Virus record (IMG/VR): IMGVR_UViG_3300045988_044010 | Source: a virus | Reading direction: 5' to 3' (one strand) | Length of the DNA: 64,000 bases | Shown here: piece by piece, positions 38,501 through 50,780 of the stretch | How the letters are laid out: each line of letters starts with the position of its first letter | Position numbering within the stretch: position 1 is the stretch's first letter | Position numbers and translations under genes: made by a program | The notes under the pieces: generated by a model | Databases searched by the model: none | Told to the model about the DNA's origin: nothing | What the model saw: the letters and a program-made list of their open reading frames with translations, nothing else

Positions 38501-40981
38501 TCTTCAGTATTAGGTACTATTACTATAACTGCTATTGACAAATCAGCACCAGAGATAATAAGACTTCCTGTATCAGTAAAAGCTGTATATGAAGGTAATA
38601 CATATATAAGACAAGTTACTTTAACTATCACAAAAGTTAAACCCGGTGCGGATGGTCAAACTCCTAAGATATATCAACTAGCTCCTTCTGTTAGTGCTAT
38701 TCATGTAAATAAGAATGGTACTCCATCTGTAGCTAATGTATCATGTGGTATAAGATTGTTCGAAGGTGATTCTACTACTACTGTAGATAGTACTCCGTAT
38801 GGTTATTACTTTGCTTATAAGATTGATAATGCTAATGAGGTAAGATATTATGCTAACAATACTATTAGTACTAGTAGTATAGTTGCTTATATTACATTCT
38901 CGCTATATGATCAAAGAAATAGTAGTAATATACTTGTAGATCAAGAGACACTATATGTACTGAAAGATGGTGAGGACGGAGAATCAGGATCAGTGCCTAA
39001 TTGGAGCACATATGTATATAAGAAATCTAATTCTAGACCAGCTAAACCAACATTTAAGAACCCTAGACCGGGTACTACTGGTATAGACGGATGGTTAGAT
39101 TATCCAACTACTTCAGATGGTCAATGGTGGCAATGCGTTGGTATGGTAGATGGACCTAAAGATGAAGTACAAACATGGTCTGAGGTTATACAATTGAATG
39201 GTAGAGATGGAGAAGCTCTAGATGGTCAGCATACAGAGTTTAGATTTATGTCTATGACCAAAGGTTATTCTCCTAGCATTGCTTCTACTGTTAGAAACCC
39301 AGCAGGTTGGACTACTACTGTACCAGTAGTTAATAGTTATGAGTACTTGTGGATGTCGCATGCCGAAATATCTGCTAACGATGATTTGATTGGAGTATGG
39401 GACCAACCTGTCAGAATTAGTGGTGAAGATGGTGCTGCAGGTGAACCGGGTACTAGTTTATACACTTGGATTAAGTATTCTGATGATCAACCTACATCTG
39501 ACTCATAGATATACGACAAACCTAATATGTATACTAAGTATATAGGTTTAGCTTATAACCAAACTAGTTAGGTAGAAAGTACTCGCTATACAGACTATGA
39601 ATGGGTTAAATGGGTAGGTAATGATGGTGTAAATGGTACTAATGGATTAAGAGGAAGACTTGTATATCCAGCAGGAACTTATATTCATAGTAAAACATAT
39701 GAAGCAACTGATACTCAAGCACCGTTTGTGTTAGAAGGAGAAGCATTCTATGTAATGAATAAAACCACTACATGGAATGGTCAAAATTTAGGAATTACTC
39801 CAGAGCAAGATTGGAATTCTAATGGCGTCAATGCTACTTGGATATTGATGGATGATTTTGAAGCAGTATATACTAAGCTATTAATTGCAGATAACGGTAC
39901 ACTTGGCGACTTTGTATTCAATAAAGAGTATATGTTCAGTAAACAAGGTACTGATACACTTGGACAAGATTCAACTGATTATTAGAACTTTAATAGTACT
40001 GTTAAACCGTTTTCATTCACAGATACATCTATATGGTCATATAATTTTAAAAGTAGCAGTAGTAACTACAATGGAACTATAACAAGTGATATTATCACTG
40101 TTACTGGCAAAACATCATCTTCTACTGCATCAGATTATTTAGTATGGACTCAAAGTAGTCATAAAGATCTCCCAGAATTTAATATAAGTGTAAAAGGAGT
40201 TTCTAATAATGCTAACATATATCTCTTATATAACTATATGACAGAAGGTGGAACAAGGGACTCTATAAGAATGGATTATGATGGAACCTATGCTCTACCT
40301 AAAAGTTTTATACGAAGTGGTTCTCTAAAATATGGTTTATAGTTAGTAGTAAATCTTGCAAGTACCTATTTGAGTGAGAATGTTGTAGTTACTTTGTTGC
40401 CTAATAAATTCAATCCAAATTTCTAGGTAAATGGAGTTACTGGTGAAGTAATAATGAATAAAGCAACTGTAAAAGGAAGATTTAGTACGAATGCTGTAAT
40501 TCATAAGGTTACTTCACTTACTACCACACATTCTCTAACTATACCTAATGATTATTCTTTTAAAACTTTGTATATAGTCAGATAGAGAGACGATGTAACT
40601 GTAACCAATAATACCATAGACTTATACACAGCTTCTTTTGCAACTCCAGATCCTGAATTTTACCCAGATGAATATTAGGCAGATCAAATGGTATAGGCTT
40701 AGCTAAATATAGTAAACTTAACTAGTTATAATGTAGATATACACAAAGGACCTAGTAGACTAGATCCCGGTTTTGTATTGCCTAATTCGGGCGGTTTTGG
40801 AAGTTGTGATACTATTCGACTATACAATGGAGGTAATGTTACTATAGATTTTATATATTTTAAGAATGAGTTATACGCCATGGGTAGTTAGACTAATGAA
40901 TTAAGAGTAGTAAAAAATTCTGGAGATTTTGTGAAGACTACAATAGGAAATTATACATATGCTGTTAATAAATCATTCTAA
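35528..40981 (+). CDS. giant tail fibre / receptor-binding protein with collagen-like Gly-X-Y runs (1817 codons, about 17 in-frame TAG)
   Basis: Track ORFs 35612, 36107, 37634 and 39728 all share the frame of the ATG at 35528 and are separated only by TAG; TAA at 40979. Collagen-like run GPQGEQGKQGERGIQGPPGEKGDPGKDGVDGQPGE. Contains internal tandem domain repeats. Confidence 0.75.
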
Positions 40982-40983
40982 AA

Positions 40984-41241
40984 ATGACAAACAAAGTAGA
41001 TAATAAATTAAGATATAGCGCTATCATAGACAATAGATCTGTGGTAGCAGCTATATGTATAAATGAACTAGAGTTTCTAATAACACAAACTGATTTCGTA
41101 TAGGACAGATAGATGTTACAATCTATGATTTGTGGATGTAATAGACAGATTGATACTGACAATCCGTTGAAATTAGAAACACTATGTAATATTATAGATT
41201 GTAAAGTTTGTAATTCATGTAAGACATGTAACATTTTTTAA
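40984..41241 (+). CDS. small Cys-rich protein, homologous to the C-terminus of 34719..35336
   Basis: ...VQDRQMLQSMICGCNRQ...CNIIDCKVCNSCKTCNIF; 2 in-frame TAGs. Replaces the antisense track ORF 40965..41234. Confidence 0.5.
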
Positions 41242-41277
41242 CGTTAATAAATATTATTAATTTTAAAACTAAATATT

Positions 41278-41595
41278 ATGTTGATTGATTTTAGAAACAT
41301 TACAATTAAGAACATTGAGGGAGAAGAATCTACAGTTGATATTTCTAAAGATTTAGGAAATCTATTGTATAATTCTGCAGTAAGTCAAGAAGGTTTAGAA
41401 ATATCTAGAGAACTGTATCATAATGGTGAAATGGATGTTACTAAAGAAAATGTAGAAGTACTTAAAGGCATTATAGCTGGTAACTTCTTAGCAGTTATAC
41501 AAGAATCTTTGAACCCTATTTTTGATAAGATCATGAACACTGAAGAAATCGAAACTAGTGCAGAGGAGATTAAGGATGAACAAACAACTCGCTAA
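41278..41595 (+). CDS. hypothetical protein
   Basis: ORF track. Confidence 0.6.
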   Translation: MLIDFRNITIKNIEGEESTVDISKDLGNLLYNSAVSQEGLEISRELYHNGEMDVTKENVEVLKGIIAGNFLAVIQESLNPIFDKIMNTEEIETSAEEIKDEQTTR

Positions 41596-41767
41596 ATATA
41601 CTGATAGAGAATTGTTAGAGTGGATCTACTTAATGTAGATCCATATTCTATCCAAAGTAAATGAGATAGATAATGATGATAAACAGTTTGGAATGAACTT
41701 AGCTGCAGATTTATTGGGTAGTGTAGTATATGATGCTCAACCAAGAACTACAAGATATGCAAATTAA
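41576..41767 (+). CDS. possible small protein (1 in-frame TAG)
   Basis: Hand-translated MNKQLAKYTDRELLEWIYLM-TAG-IHILSKVNEIDNDDKQFGMNLAADLLG... Confidence 0.4.
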
Positions 41768-41778
41768 AAAGATATAAA

Positions 41779-42180
41779 ATGAAATACTTTACTATAAAAG
41801 AATTAACAGAATCTACTACAGCTACAGCTAAGAAATTAGATAATACTCCTACAGAGTAGGCAGAGAAGAATCTAATTACTCTAGTAGAAAAGGTACTTGA
41901 TCCACTTAGAGAATTGTATGGTAAACCTATTATAGTTAATTCAGGTTATCGCAGTCCAGAAGTAAATAAAGCAGTTAAAGGAGCTAAGACAAGTCAACAT
42001 GTATTAGGAGAGGCTGCTGATATAACAGCAGGTAGCAAAGAAGAGAATAAGAAGTTATTTGAGTTAATCAGAGATAACTTTGAGTTTGATCAACTTATTA
42101 ATGAGAATGACTACTCATGGATACATGTATCATATAGAGAAGGAAGACTTAGAAAACAAATATTAAAGCTTGGTAAATAA
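41779..42180 (+). CDS. peptidase M15-type (D-Ala-D-Ala carboxypeptidase-like) endolysin
   Basis: Motif IIVNSGYRSPEVNKAVKGAKTSQHVLGEAADI. ATG at 41779 is in frame with track ORF 41914, through 1 TAG. Confidence 0.75.
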
Positions 42181-42182
42181 AG

Positions 42183-45100
42183 ATGGTAAGATTTGTTAAT
42201 TTTAGAGCAAGTGATATATAGCCCAATCCTGATGAAGTAATGTACTGGGTTGACCTTAATACTGATCCACTTGGTGGTAGTATAAAGGTATGGAATGCAG
42301 AAGGATATTGGGAGACTATAAAAGTACTTCAAGGAACTCTACCTGAATTTGAAAACAGAATAAAGAAATGGGTAGAACAACAATTAAAGAACTTTGATGA
42401 GCATCTGAATGAAGAGATACGTCAATTTGACGGTAGGATTGCTATCATAAGTTAGGATATAGAGACATTAAAACTAACTAAATAGGATAAACTTATTGCT
42501 GGTTCAGGCATAGATATTACTGATAATGTAGTATCATGTGTACTGGATCTAACTTTATATAAGATAGTATCAGAACTGCCTACAGAAGATATTGATACTA
42601 CTAAGATATATCTAGTAGTTGATAGTGAAGGTACTCATGGTAATCTCTATAAAGAGTATATCTATGTAGATGGAGAGTGGGAACTGTTGGGCGAATATAA
42701 AGCCGATATAGATCTATCTCCTTATCTTACTAAGGTAGAAGCTGCTGATACTTATGCTACTAAACTAGAACTGCAACAAGAAGTAAATCGTGCAACACAA
42801 GCAGAGGTTACTGAGAAGAATAGAGCATTAGCTGCAGAGGAACAACTGTCTAAAGACATTGATGCAGAAAAGGATAGAGCTCTTATTGCAGAAAGAGATA
42901 ACTTCAACCGTATTATAAATGAAATTGCACGTGCAGAAGCTGCAGAAAAAGCTAATGCTAAAGCAATAGAAGATGAGGCAAAGCGTGCTATAGAAATTGA
43001 AACAGCTCTTGCTTCAGGAATGGTAGAAGAACAGAACAGAGCAATTGAAGCGGAAGAACAGTTACAAGGTGAAATATGGGCTGTAGATGCTAAAATATCT
43101 GAACAGGGTGGTTCTTTAATTGATGCTATAAATTCTAATACACAAGCTATAGCTGATGAAACTGCTAGAGCTACTCAAGCTGAAGATAATAATAGGAATC
43201 TTATTAATGCAATGGATACAGCTTATAAGGCTGCTGATACTGCAACTAACACTAAATTAGACAATGAGATTACTAGAGCTAAAGCAGCTGAGAAAACAAA
43301 TGCAGATGCTATAGTAGTAGAAGCGGATCGTAATGATGCACAAGATACTTTAATCAGCAATCTGCAATCAAGCAAAGTTTCTACTGTTAACTTAGTATAG
43401 GATCCTGATAATGAGTTACATTATACATTGATGGTAGACTCTACTAATGCTGGTGAAATAAGCATACCTAAGGATAGATTCTTAAAGCAAGCTTATTACG
43501 ATCCACAGAAGAAGAGCCTTATTTTTATATTTGTAACTGAGGATGGTGAACAAACTGTACCTGTAGATATTAGCGATCTAGTAGATACATATACTGCCGG
43601 TAATGGTTTAAGTCTAGCGAATAATAAGTTTAGCATTACTATTGATAGTACTTCTGATTCTTACTTAACTGTAGGAGCTAATGGAATCAAATTATCTGGT
43701 GTAGCAGCAGCTATTAACAAACTAGATACTGACTATAAAGCAGCAGATACTGCAACTCTTAATTCAGCTAAAGCATATACAGATACTAAAGCATCTGATA
43801 TAACTGATGCAGTTACACAACTACAATCAGATATAGAAGCTGAAGAAATCAGAGCTACAGATGCAGAGAATAGATTGGCAGGACAAATATTTGCGTTAGA
43901 CGCTGCGAAACAAGAAAGACTAGTTAGTGGTGAAACCATTAAGACTGTCAATGGTAGTTCATTACTAGGAGCTGGTAACATTGTTATTGAAGGTGGTAGT
44001 AGTGGAGGAATTGATGATGCTCCATCTGATAGTAAAGAATACGTTAGAAAGAATGCAGCATGGTCAGCATTACCTACTAGATCTGTAACTCCAGTTGCTG
44101 ATTCGTTAGTATAGAGAGACGGTTCAGGTAATCTGATAATTAATAAAGGCTCCATTAATTTCAACAATAATATGGAATGGTGGATGCAGGTTAATTCTGA
44201 TGGTAACTTCATACTTAACAGTACTGGTAATGCAAATAAGTTCTTATATCATGGAGACGAAGTAGGTACTTTAAAGAATCTTTATGTTTTGAAAGAAACA
44301 CTAATAGATACTACATCATTAGATCAATACACATACTATCCTGTAACTATAGAAATATCTTCAGCTTATAATTCTAGAATAGAAGTTCATTCAGCATTAT
44401 ATCTTTCTGGTACACCAGAATGGTCTACACATGGCAATGGATTTACTACTCATTTTATAGAAGAAGTTTATGGTAGTGGATGGGGAGCTAATTATTCTAC
44501 TCACAGAAGAATAATTGATTACCAATATAAATATACTAATAATGTACAACCTATTGGTAAAGTAAGACAGATGGGAAATTCCTCAGAAGAGGTCATTTGG
44601 GTAAGAGGGGGAGCTAAGTATTATTTTGAAACTAGTAGAAACGCTACTCCTATATTACATACCGTTGCTTACACGAATAGTAATGATACGGTGTATCCTA
44701 CAGGAGCTGCTGATATGACTAATGCCGATTATAGTACTCTTAAAAGAACTATGGTTGAAACTTCTGATACGAATGTTTCTGCTACTGGAGATTCGCTTGT
44801 AAAAAGAGATGGTAACGGTAGTATAATAAATATCAGTTATTAGACTACACAAAGAGTAAATGACGATGGAACTATATCTGTTATCTGGGTAGACAATGGA
44901 GATGGTTGGTTAAGACGAAGAACTTTATCTAGCTTTAAAACACAAATATCAGGTACAGGTCTAGATGCAGATACATTAGATGGTCAATAGGATACTGCTT
45001 ATTTAAGATATAGAAGTACTACGACAACGCATGATGATAATACACTATGGGATAAGATAGGTATTAAAGAATATTCTTCAGCTAATCCAGATCAGCTAGA

Positions 45101-47024
45101 TGCGCCGTTTAATTATGGAGCCGCTATATCATTACCTGCAGGTTCGAGAAGATTTGATATATGGTATTCTGATAACTCGTCAACTAATTCTACTTAGAGA
45201 GGAATATTCTATAGAACTGGTTGGAATGTAACTAAAAATCCATGGGTTAGATTTTTAGATGCCAATGATATGAGTGCTACTAATACAGCAGACAAAATTC
45301 CAGTTAGAGACGCTAACAAACAGATACTAACTAGTGGTTATAAGAAAGAAGGATCTAGTGATTCATACGTACTACTTGGTGGTGGAGGTCATGTACTGTT
45401 GGCAAAAGGAACAACTGGTAATACTATGGTACAGAGAGATGCTGATGGTATTGTATATGGTAAGTATTTTTACACAGAACAAGAAGATGAAGCAGCTGGT
45501 ACATCTATATCTTCAGTGTATATAAAGAGTACAGATAAAATTATTAGAAGAGTATCCTTTGCTAACTTTAAATCAGCATTAAACATTCCTTCTGCATACA
45601 CATTACCAACCGCATCTAGTACTACTTTAGGAGGTATCAAGGTAGGAGCAGGATTGTCTATTAGTAATGGAGTATTATCTGCTAATGGAGGTGGCACAGC
45701 TGATTCAGTTGCATGGGCTAACGTAACAGGAAAGCCAACGTGGATTGGAACTACTAAACCAACTTACAGGCTAGACGAGATAGCTTCATCTACTAATCAA
45801 ACTGTAGATGCTAGTACTACCCCTGTATCTAGAAAGAAGATAGTTTATGTAGGCAAATCAGGTAATGGATGTATTAGTGCTGTAGCTTTAGGTATACGTA
45901 ATGTAAATGGATCATTTGGTCCAGCTGTATTATCGTTAGGAACTAAAGATACGCCATCAGATACAGCAGCTATTGATGACGGATGGGTAGATTACCAATT
46001 CCAAACTAGTGGTAGAGTTGTATCTAAAGCAGGTACATTTGCTGTCACTTCTGATATTCCTACTTCATTAAAGAATCCTAACGCCATTAAGTTTACAGGA
46101 GCAGTTACGGGTACTTATGATGGTTCTTCTGCTGTTACTTTGAATATACCAACTATTGCTGGACCAAAAGGCGATACTGGTGAGAAGGGAGAAAAAGGTG
46201 ATTAGGGTCCGTAGGGTTTGAAAGGTGACACTGGGGATCAAGGACCTAGAGGATATGCTGGTTCAGATGGAGCTAATGGTAAATCGTTAGAGTTTGTATG
46301 GAGTGGTTATACTCTTGGTGTAAGACAAGAAGGTACTACATCATATACTTATTCAACTAGTTTACGTGGAGCAACTGGAGCGAAGGGTGATAAAGGAGAT
46401 AAGGGTGATACAGGTCCAGCTGGTACTACAACGTGGTCTGGTATTACTGGAAAACCATCATGGATTGGTAGTAGCAAACCAACGTATACATGGTCGGAAA
46501 TCACAAGTAAGCCATCATGGATCGGTTCAAGTAAACCTTCCTATTCATATTCAGAAATATCTGGTACTCCATCTCTTGCTGATGTAGCCACATCTGGATC
46601 ATATAATGATCTAAGTAATAAACCAGTTATTGATACTGCTCTATCTTCTACTAGTACAAATGCAGTTCAGAACAAAGTAATATATGAATAGTTAGTAAAG
46701 AAGGCTGAGATAGTAGGATATTAGGCAGGTTAGAATGGTTACATAAAGTTTGACAATGGTTTATTAATGCAATGGGGGTATAAAACAGCAAGTTCTACTG
46801 GTACTAATACTACTTATACACCTATAGCTTTTTATAATGCTACATATGTTCCCGTTATTACTTATTATGAACCGGGCAACGGTATGAATATTGTCACAGG
46901 TCTTATTATAAATAAACAGACTAGTTATTTCACGATAAGGAGTAGATATACAGTGGGAGATTCAAACGGTACTGGCGCGGGAACCAATGATTTTTATTGG
47001 GTAGCCGTTGGTAGATGGAAATAA
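42183..47024 (+). CDS. second giant tail fibre with coiled-coil and collagen-like segments (1613 codons, about 13 in-frame TAG)
   Basis: Track ORFs 42240, 42687, 43428, 44172, 45270, 46218 and 46767 share the frame of the ATG at 42183. Collagen-like run GPKGDTGEKGEKGD-TAG-GP-TAG-GLKGDTGDQGPRG. Fibre-type C-terminus ...FYWVAVGRWK. Confidence 0.75.
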
Positions 47025-47037
47025 AAAATTAACTATT

Positions 47038-47568
47038 ATGAAATATTGGAAATAGGGATTCTATGATGAATTTCAAGAAGGTTCGGTTGAAATAACCGAA
47101 GAATATTGGCAGAAACTATTAGTCGGGTAGTCATCAGGAAAAGAAATAAAAGAAAACGAAGTTGGATATCCCATATTGGTCGATTATCAGTATACTATTG
47201 ATGAATTAAAAGAAATGAAAATAGCTGACATTAATGCTTATGATAAATCAGATGCGGTAAATTCATTTTATCTTTCAGGAAAAAAAATGTGGTTAGATAA
47301 AGAAGACCGAGTAGGGCTTGTTAACTCAATTAATATTGAGAAACATACTGGTAAACTAGATACAGTTTTATGGTTTGATACAATAAAATATACTATACCT
47401 ATAACAGATGCTATATCTATGCTAAATTCATTAGAGTTATATGCACTTAATTGCTATAATACTACCCAACAACACATTTCGGCAATCTATAAATTACAAA
47501 CAAAAGAGGAAATAGAGTCTTATAACTATAAGACAGGTTATCCAGATAAGCTATAGTTTACATTATAA
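47038..47568 (+). CDS. fibre-associated protein (possible fibre assembly/chaperone type; weak)
   Basis: ATG at 47038 is in frame with track ORF 47176; 3 TAGs; TAA at 47566. Confidence 0.55.
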
Positions 47569-47595
47569 ACATATAAAATTAAATAATTTTTTCAT

Positions 47596-48126
47596 ATGAA
47601 AGAGAAAATAATATTTCTAGCCCAAACGTATGCTCCAAATCCATCGGAGTGTACTTATTGGATTGATTTAAAAGAAGATCCGACTGGAGCTGTCATCAAA
47701 GTATGGAATGGCGCTACATGGAAACCTATTAGTGGAGACACTGAAGTGGTAGCTATGTTACAGGAAGAGATTAAAAAGAAAGCTACTAAGGCTACTACTT
47801 TATCTGGTTATGGCATTCAAGATGCATATACCAAAGATCAAGTAGATGCAAAAGTAGCATCAGTATACAGAGTAAAAGGATCGGTTGCTGATTTTGATTC
47901 ATTACCAAGTACAGCATCAGTTGGTGATGTGTATAACTTGGATGATACAGGAGCTAACTATGTATGTATTACAGCTAGTCCTGCAGAATGGGATAAATTA
48001 TCTGAAACTGTAGACTTAACAGGGTGCATTGCATCTGACGTAGTATCTAATGTAGTTTATATGACTCAGGCACAATACGAAGCATTATCGGTTAAAGATT
48101 CCAAAACATTATATTTAATTTACTAA
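47596..48126 (+). CDS. short fibre-like protein sharing the N-terminal module of fibre 42183..47024
   Basis: PNPSECTYWIDLKEDPTGAVIKVWNGATWKPI versus PNPDEVMYWVDLNTDPLGGSIKVWNAEGYWETI. Confidence 0.65.
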   Translation: MKEKIIFLAQTYAPNPSECTYWIDLKEDPTGAVIKVWNGATWKPISGDTEVVAMLQEEIKKKATKATTLSGYGIQDAYTKDQVDAKVASVYRVKGSVADFDSLPSTASVGDVYNLDDTGANYVCITASPAEWDKLSETVDLTGCIASDVVSNVVYMTQAQYEALSVKDSKTLYLIY

Positions 48127-48130
48127 TAAT

Positions 48131-49399
48131 ATGAAATTACAGAATAATGACATAATAGCAGCTTATCTAGGTGCTTAGACTATTTCTGATATTAATTTAG
48201 GAGATAACAATGTCTTCTCTAATTACTATGGAGTTAGCTTTCCATTAGAACCTCAGAATACTCTTATGACTAGAATAGGTTATATGCCTTGGCATAAGTC
48301 ATTACCTATTCAATCTAAAATGAAAACATGTACTATTACTTCTGATGGTACTGTTAAATATATCAATGCATCTGATAGAACTAAGTATGAAGATGGAACT
48401 GACAGAGATATGACGCTTAATACTATGGTAGAAATACCTGAATTCTGGTATAAGTGTATGAAGAATGATACAGACGTTTTCCTTAACTTGTATGTTAATG
48501 ATCCTAAACTAGCAGACGTGGAACATGTAACTAAATTCTATATTTCAGCATATGAGGCTACTACAGTAGATGATAAGTTGATGTCAGTTAATAATGGTTC
48601 TACCCCTACAGTATCTATCCCCAGAACTACTATGCAATCTAGAGCTAGAGCAAATGGTAGTGAAAAATGGAATATGTATACTTATAAAGCACATAGAATA
48701 CTTACTATTCTTTACTTAGTAGAATACGCATGTACTAATAGTCAAGCAACTTACAATGCTACATTAACTTCAGAAGGATATAGACAAGGCGGACTTGGCG
48801 CAGGTGTAACTGGTGCAGGTCAACCAGTTAAGAACGGTTCTAATATATACTCAATTGTTCCATGTGGCACCACAGATTCTTTAGGTAATTCTACGGGTGT
48901 GGTTTCGTTTGCTTGGAACAATACTAATGCAGAAGGTGCTACTACATCTACATTCAATTATAATGTACCTAGTTATAGAGGTGTTGAGAATCCATTTGGA
49001 CACTTATGGAAGAATGTAATAGATGCATTAGTACACTTTAACTCTACTGATAATTGTAATGATGTAATGTTGAATAGTAATCTCGCTACATTTGGTTCAA
49101 CCACAATAGGTGATTATACATTACAAGGGCAGACAACAATTAGAGAAGGATATAAAAAGCAGTTGATATATAACTCTGCCTTTGATTTATTCCCATCTAA
49201 AGACGAAGCATTTGGAGGAAATACTACAACATATTGGTGTGATTATAATTACAGCAATAATAGTACATCAGACAGAACTATCCTTTTGGGTGGTAGCGCG
49301 GCTCACGGCGGTATTGCTGGGTTGCTCCATGTGGGTTCTAACAATGGGCTTGGTCATTCCTATGCTTCTGTCGGTACTCGGTTAATCTATATACCGTAA
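48131..49399 (+). CDS. DGR target protein (receptor-binding candidate) with C-terminal variable region
   Basis: ATG at 48131 is in frame with track ORF 48266, through 1 TAG. The last 39 codons contain the VR. Confidence 0.8.
49283..49383 (+). repeat. DGR variable repeat (VR)
   Basis: 101-nt alignment to 49441-49541. All 24 substitutions sit opposite TR adenines, apart from one non-A mismatch at 49380. Confidence 0.9.
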
Positions 49400-49440
49400 A
49401 AATATAGAATTTTATTGAAAAATAATAGGTTGTTCTCTTG

Positions 49441-49541
49441 CATTTAGGTAGTAACACGACTAACAGCAGTAATGCTAGGTTACTCAATGTGAATTCTAAC
49501 AATGAGCTTAGTAATTCCAATGCTAATGTCAGTACACTGAT
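49441..49541 (+). repeat. DGR template repeat (TR)
   Basis: 35 adenines, 24 of them changed in the VR. In the VR frame it reads AAC/AAT-rich. Non-coding, 41 nt after the target stop. Confidence 0.9.
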
Positions 49542-49662
49542 CCCCAAAACAGAAAAAATATTTAAAGAAGCACTGTTAGAGAAGACCTTACCTCTTGGTA
49601 AAAAACGACATTTTAAAACACTGTATTAGTAGCGCAAGCGAAAATTCGGTATGGGATTTCAG

Positions 49663-50685
49663 ATGAAAAGATATAATAATTTATTTGAACAGATTGTTAG
49701 CTTAGACAATCTACGTCTAGCTGAAAAGAAAGCTAGAAAAAACAAGACTCACAGACCAGAAGTTATTGAGTTCGATAAGAATAAAGAACAGTTACTGTTA
49801 GAGTTATAGAAAATGTTAATTGATGGTACATATGTGACATCTCCGTATTATATCTATAAGATATATGAACCAAAAGAAAGAGAAATCTTTAGGTTGCCAT
49901 ATTATCCAGATAGAATAGTACACCACGCAATAATGAATATATTAGAACCTATATGGGTTTCAACCTTCGTGAAAGGTACATATAGTTGCATTAAGAAACG
50001 TGGTATTCATAAAGCTATGAGAGATGTAAAAGAATCATTAAAGGACATACAAGGAACTCAGTATTGTCTAAAGTTAGATATCAGAAAGTTCTATCCTTCA
50101 ATTGATAATGATATACTCAAACAAGTAATAAGAAGAAAGATAAAGGACGTTAAGTTATTAAATCTATTAGATAGTATAATAGACTCTGCTGAAGGAGTAC
50201 CTATTGGAAATTACTTATCACAATTCTTTGCAAACTTATATTTAACTTATCTAGATCACTATATTAAGGAAGTTCAGAAAGTTAAACACTATTTCAGATA
50301 TGCAGATGATATTGTAATATTACATAGTGATAAGAAATATCTTAGATATCTATATGAAGATATTAAGGATTATTTAGAGAATAAACTTAATTTACATTTC
50401 AAAGATAACTGGCAGATATTTAAAGTAGATTCTAGAGGAATAGATTTTGTAGGATACAGATTGTTTCATACACATATACTTCTTAGAAAGAGAATCAAAC
50501 AAAACTTCTGCAGAAAGATAACAAAACTAAATAAAAAAGATATTGATAAGGATGATTATAAACAAAAAATATGTAGTTATATAGGTTGGATTAAACATTG
50601 TAATGGAAGGAATTTGTTCAGTAAAATGTTGAAATATAAAGAGCTATTAGAATACGTTAACATCCATAGACCAAGTAAAACATAA
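49663..50685 (+). CDS. DGR reverse transcriptase (1 in-frame TAG at 49807)
   Basis: MKRYNNLFEQIVSLDNLRLAEKKARKNK...; DGR-type motif VPIGNYLSQFFANLYL; catalytic YADDIVIL. Confidence 0.9.
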
Positions 50686-50780
50686 CATACTTATATACGT
50701 TTTATAGTTATATCTCAAAACGATTATCAGCCCTAGCAGATCAAGTTCAGCCGGGGTTTTTACTTTTAAACTATTATCAA

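Noticed and set aside
36330-46480. Periodic repeats as possible CRISPR or tandem DNA repeats
   Set aside because: The periodicity is 9 nt (Gly-X-Y collagen-like codons) inside the fibre ORFs. There is no repeat-spacer architecture anywhere in the window.
49438-49629. Track ORF 49438..49629 (+) as a gene or Avd candidate
   Set aside because: It is simply the translation of the adenine-rich template repeat (an Asn/Ser-rich string) and the spacer. It does not look like a helical-bundle protein.
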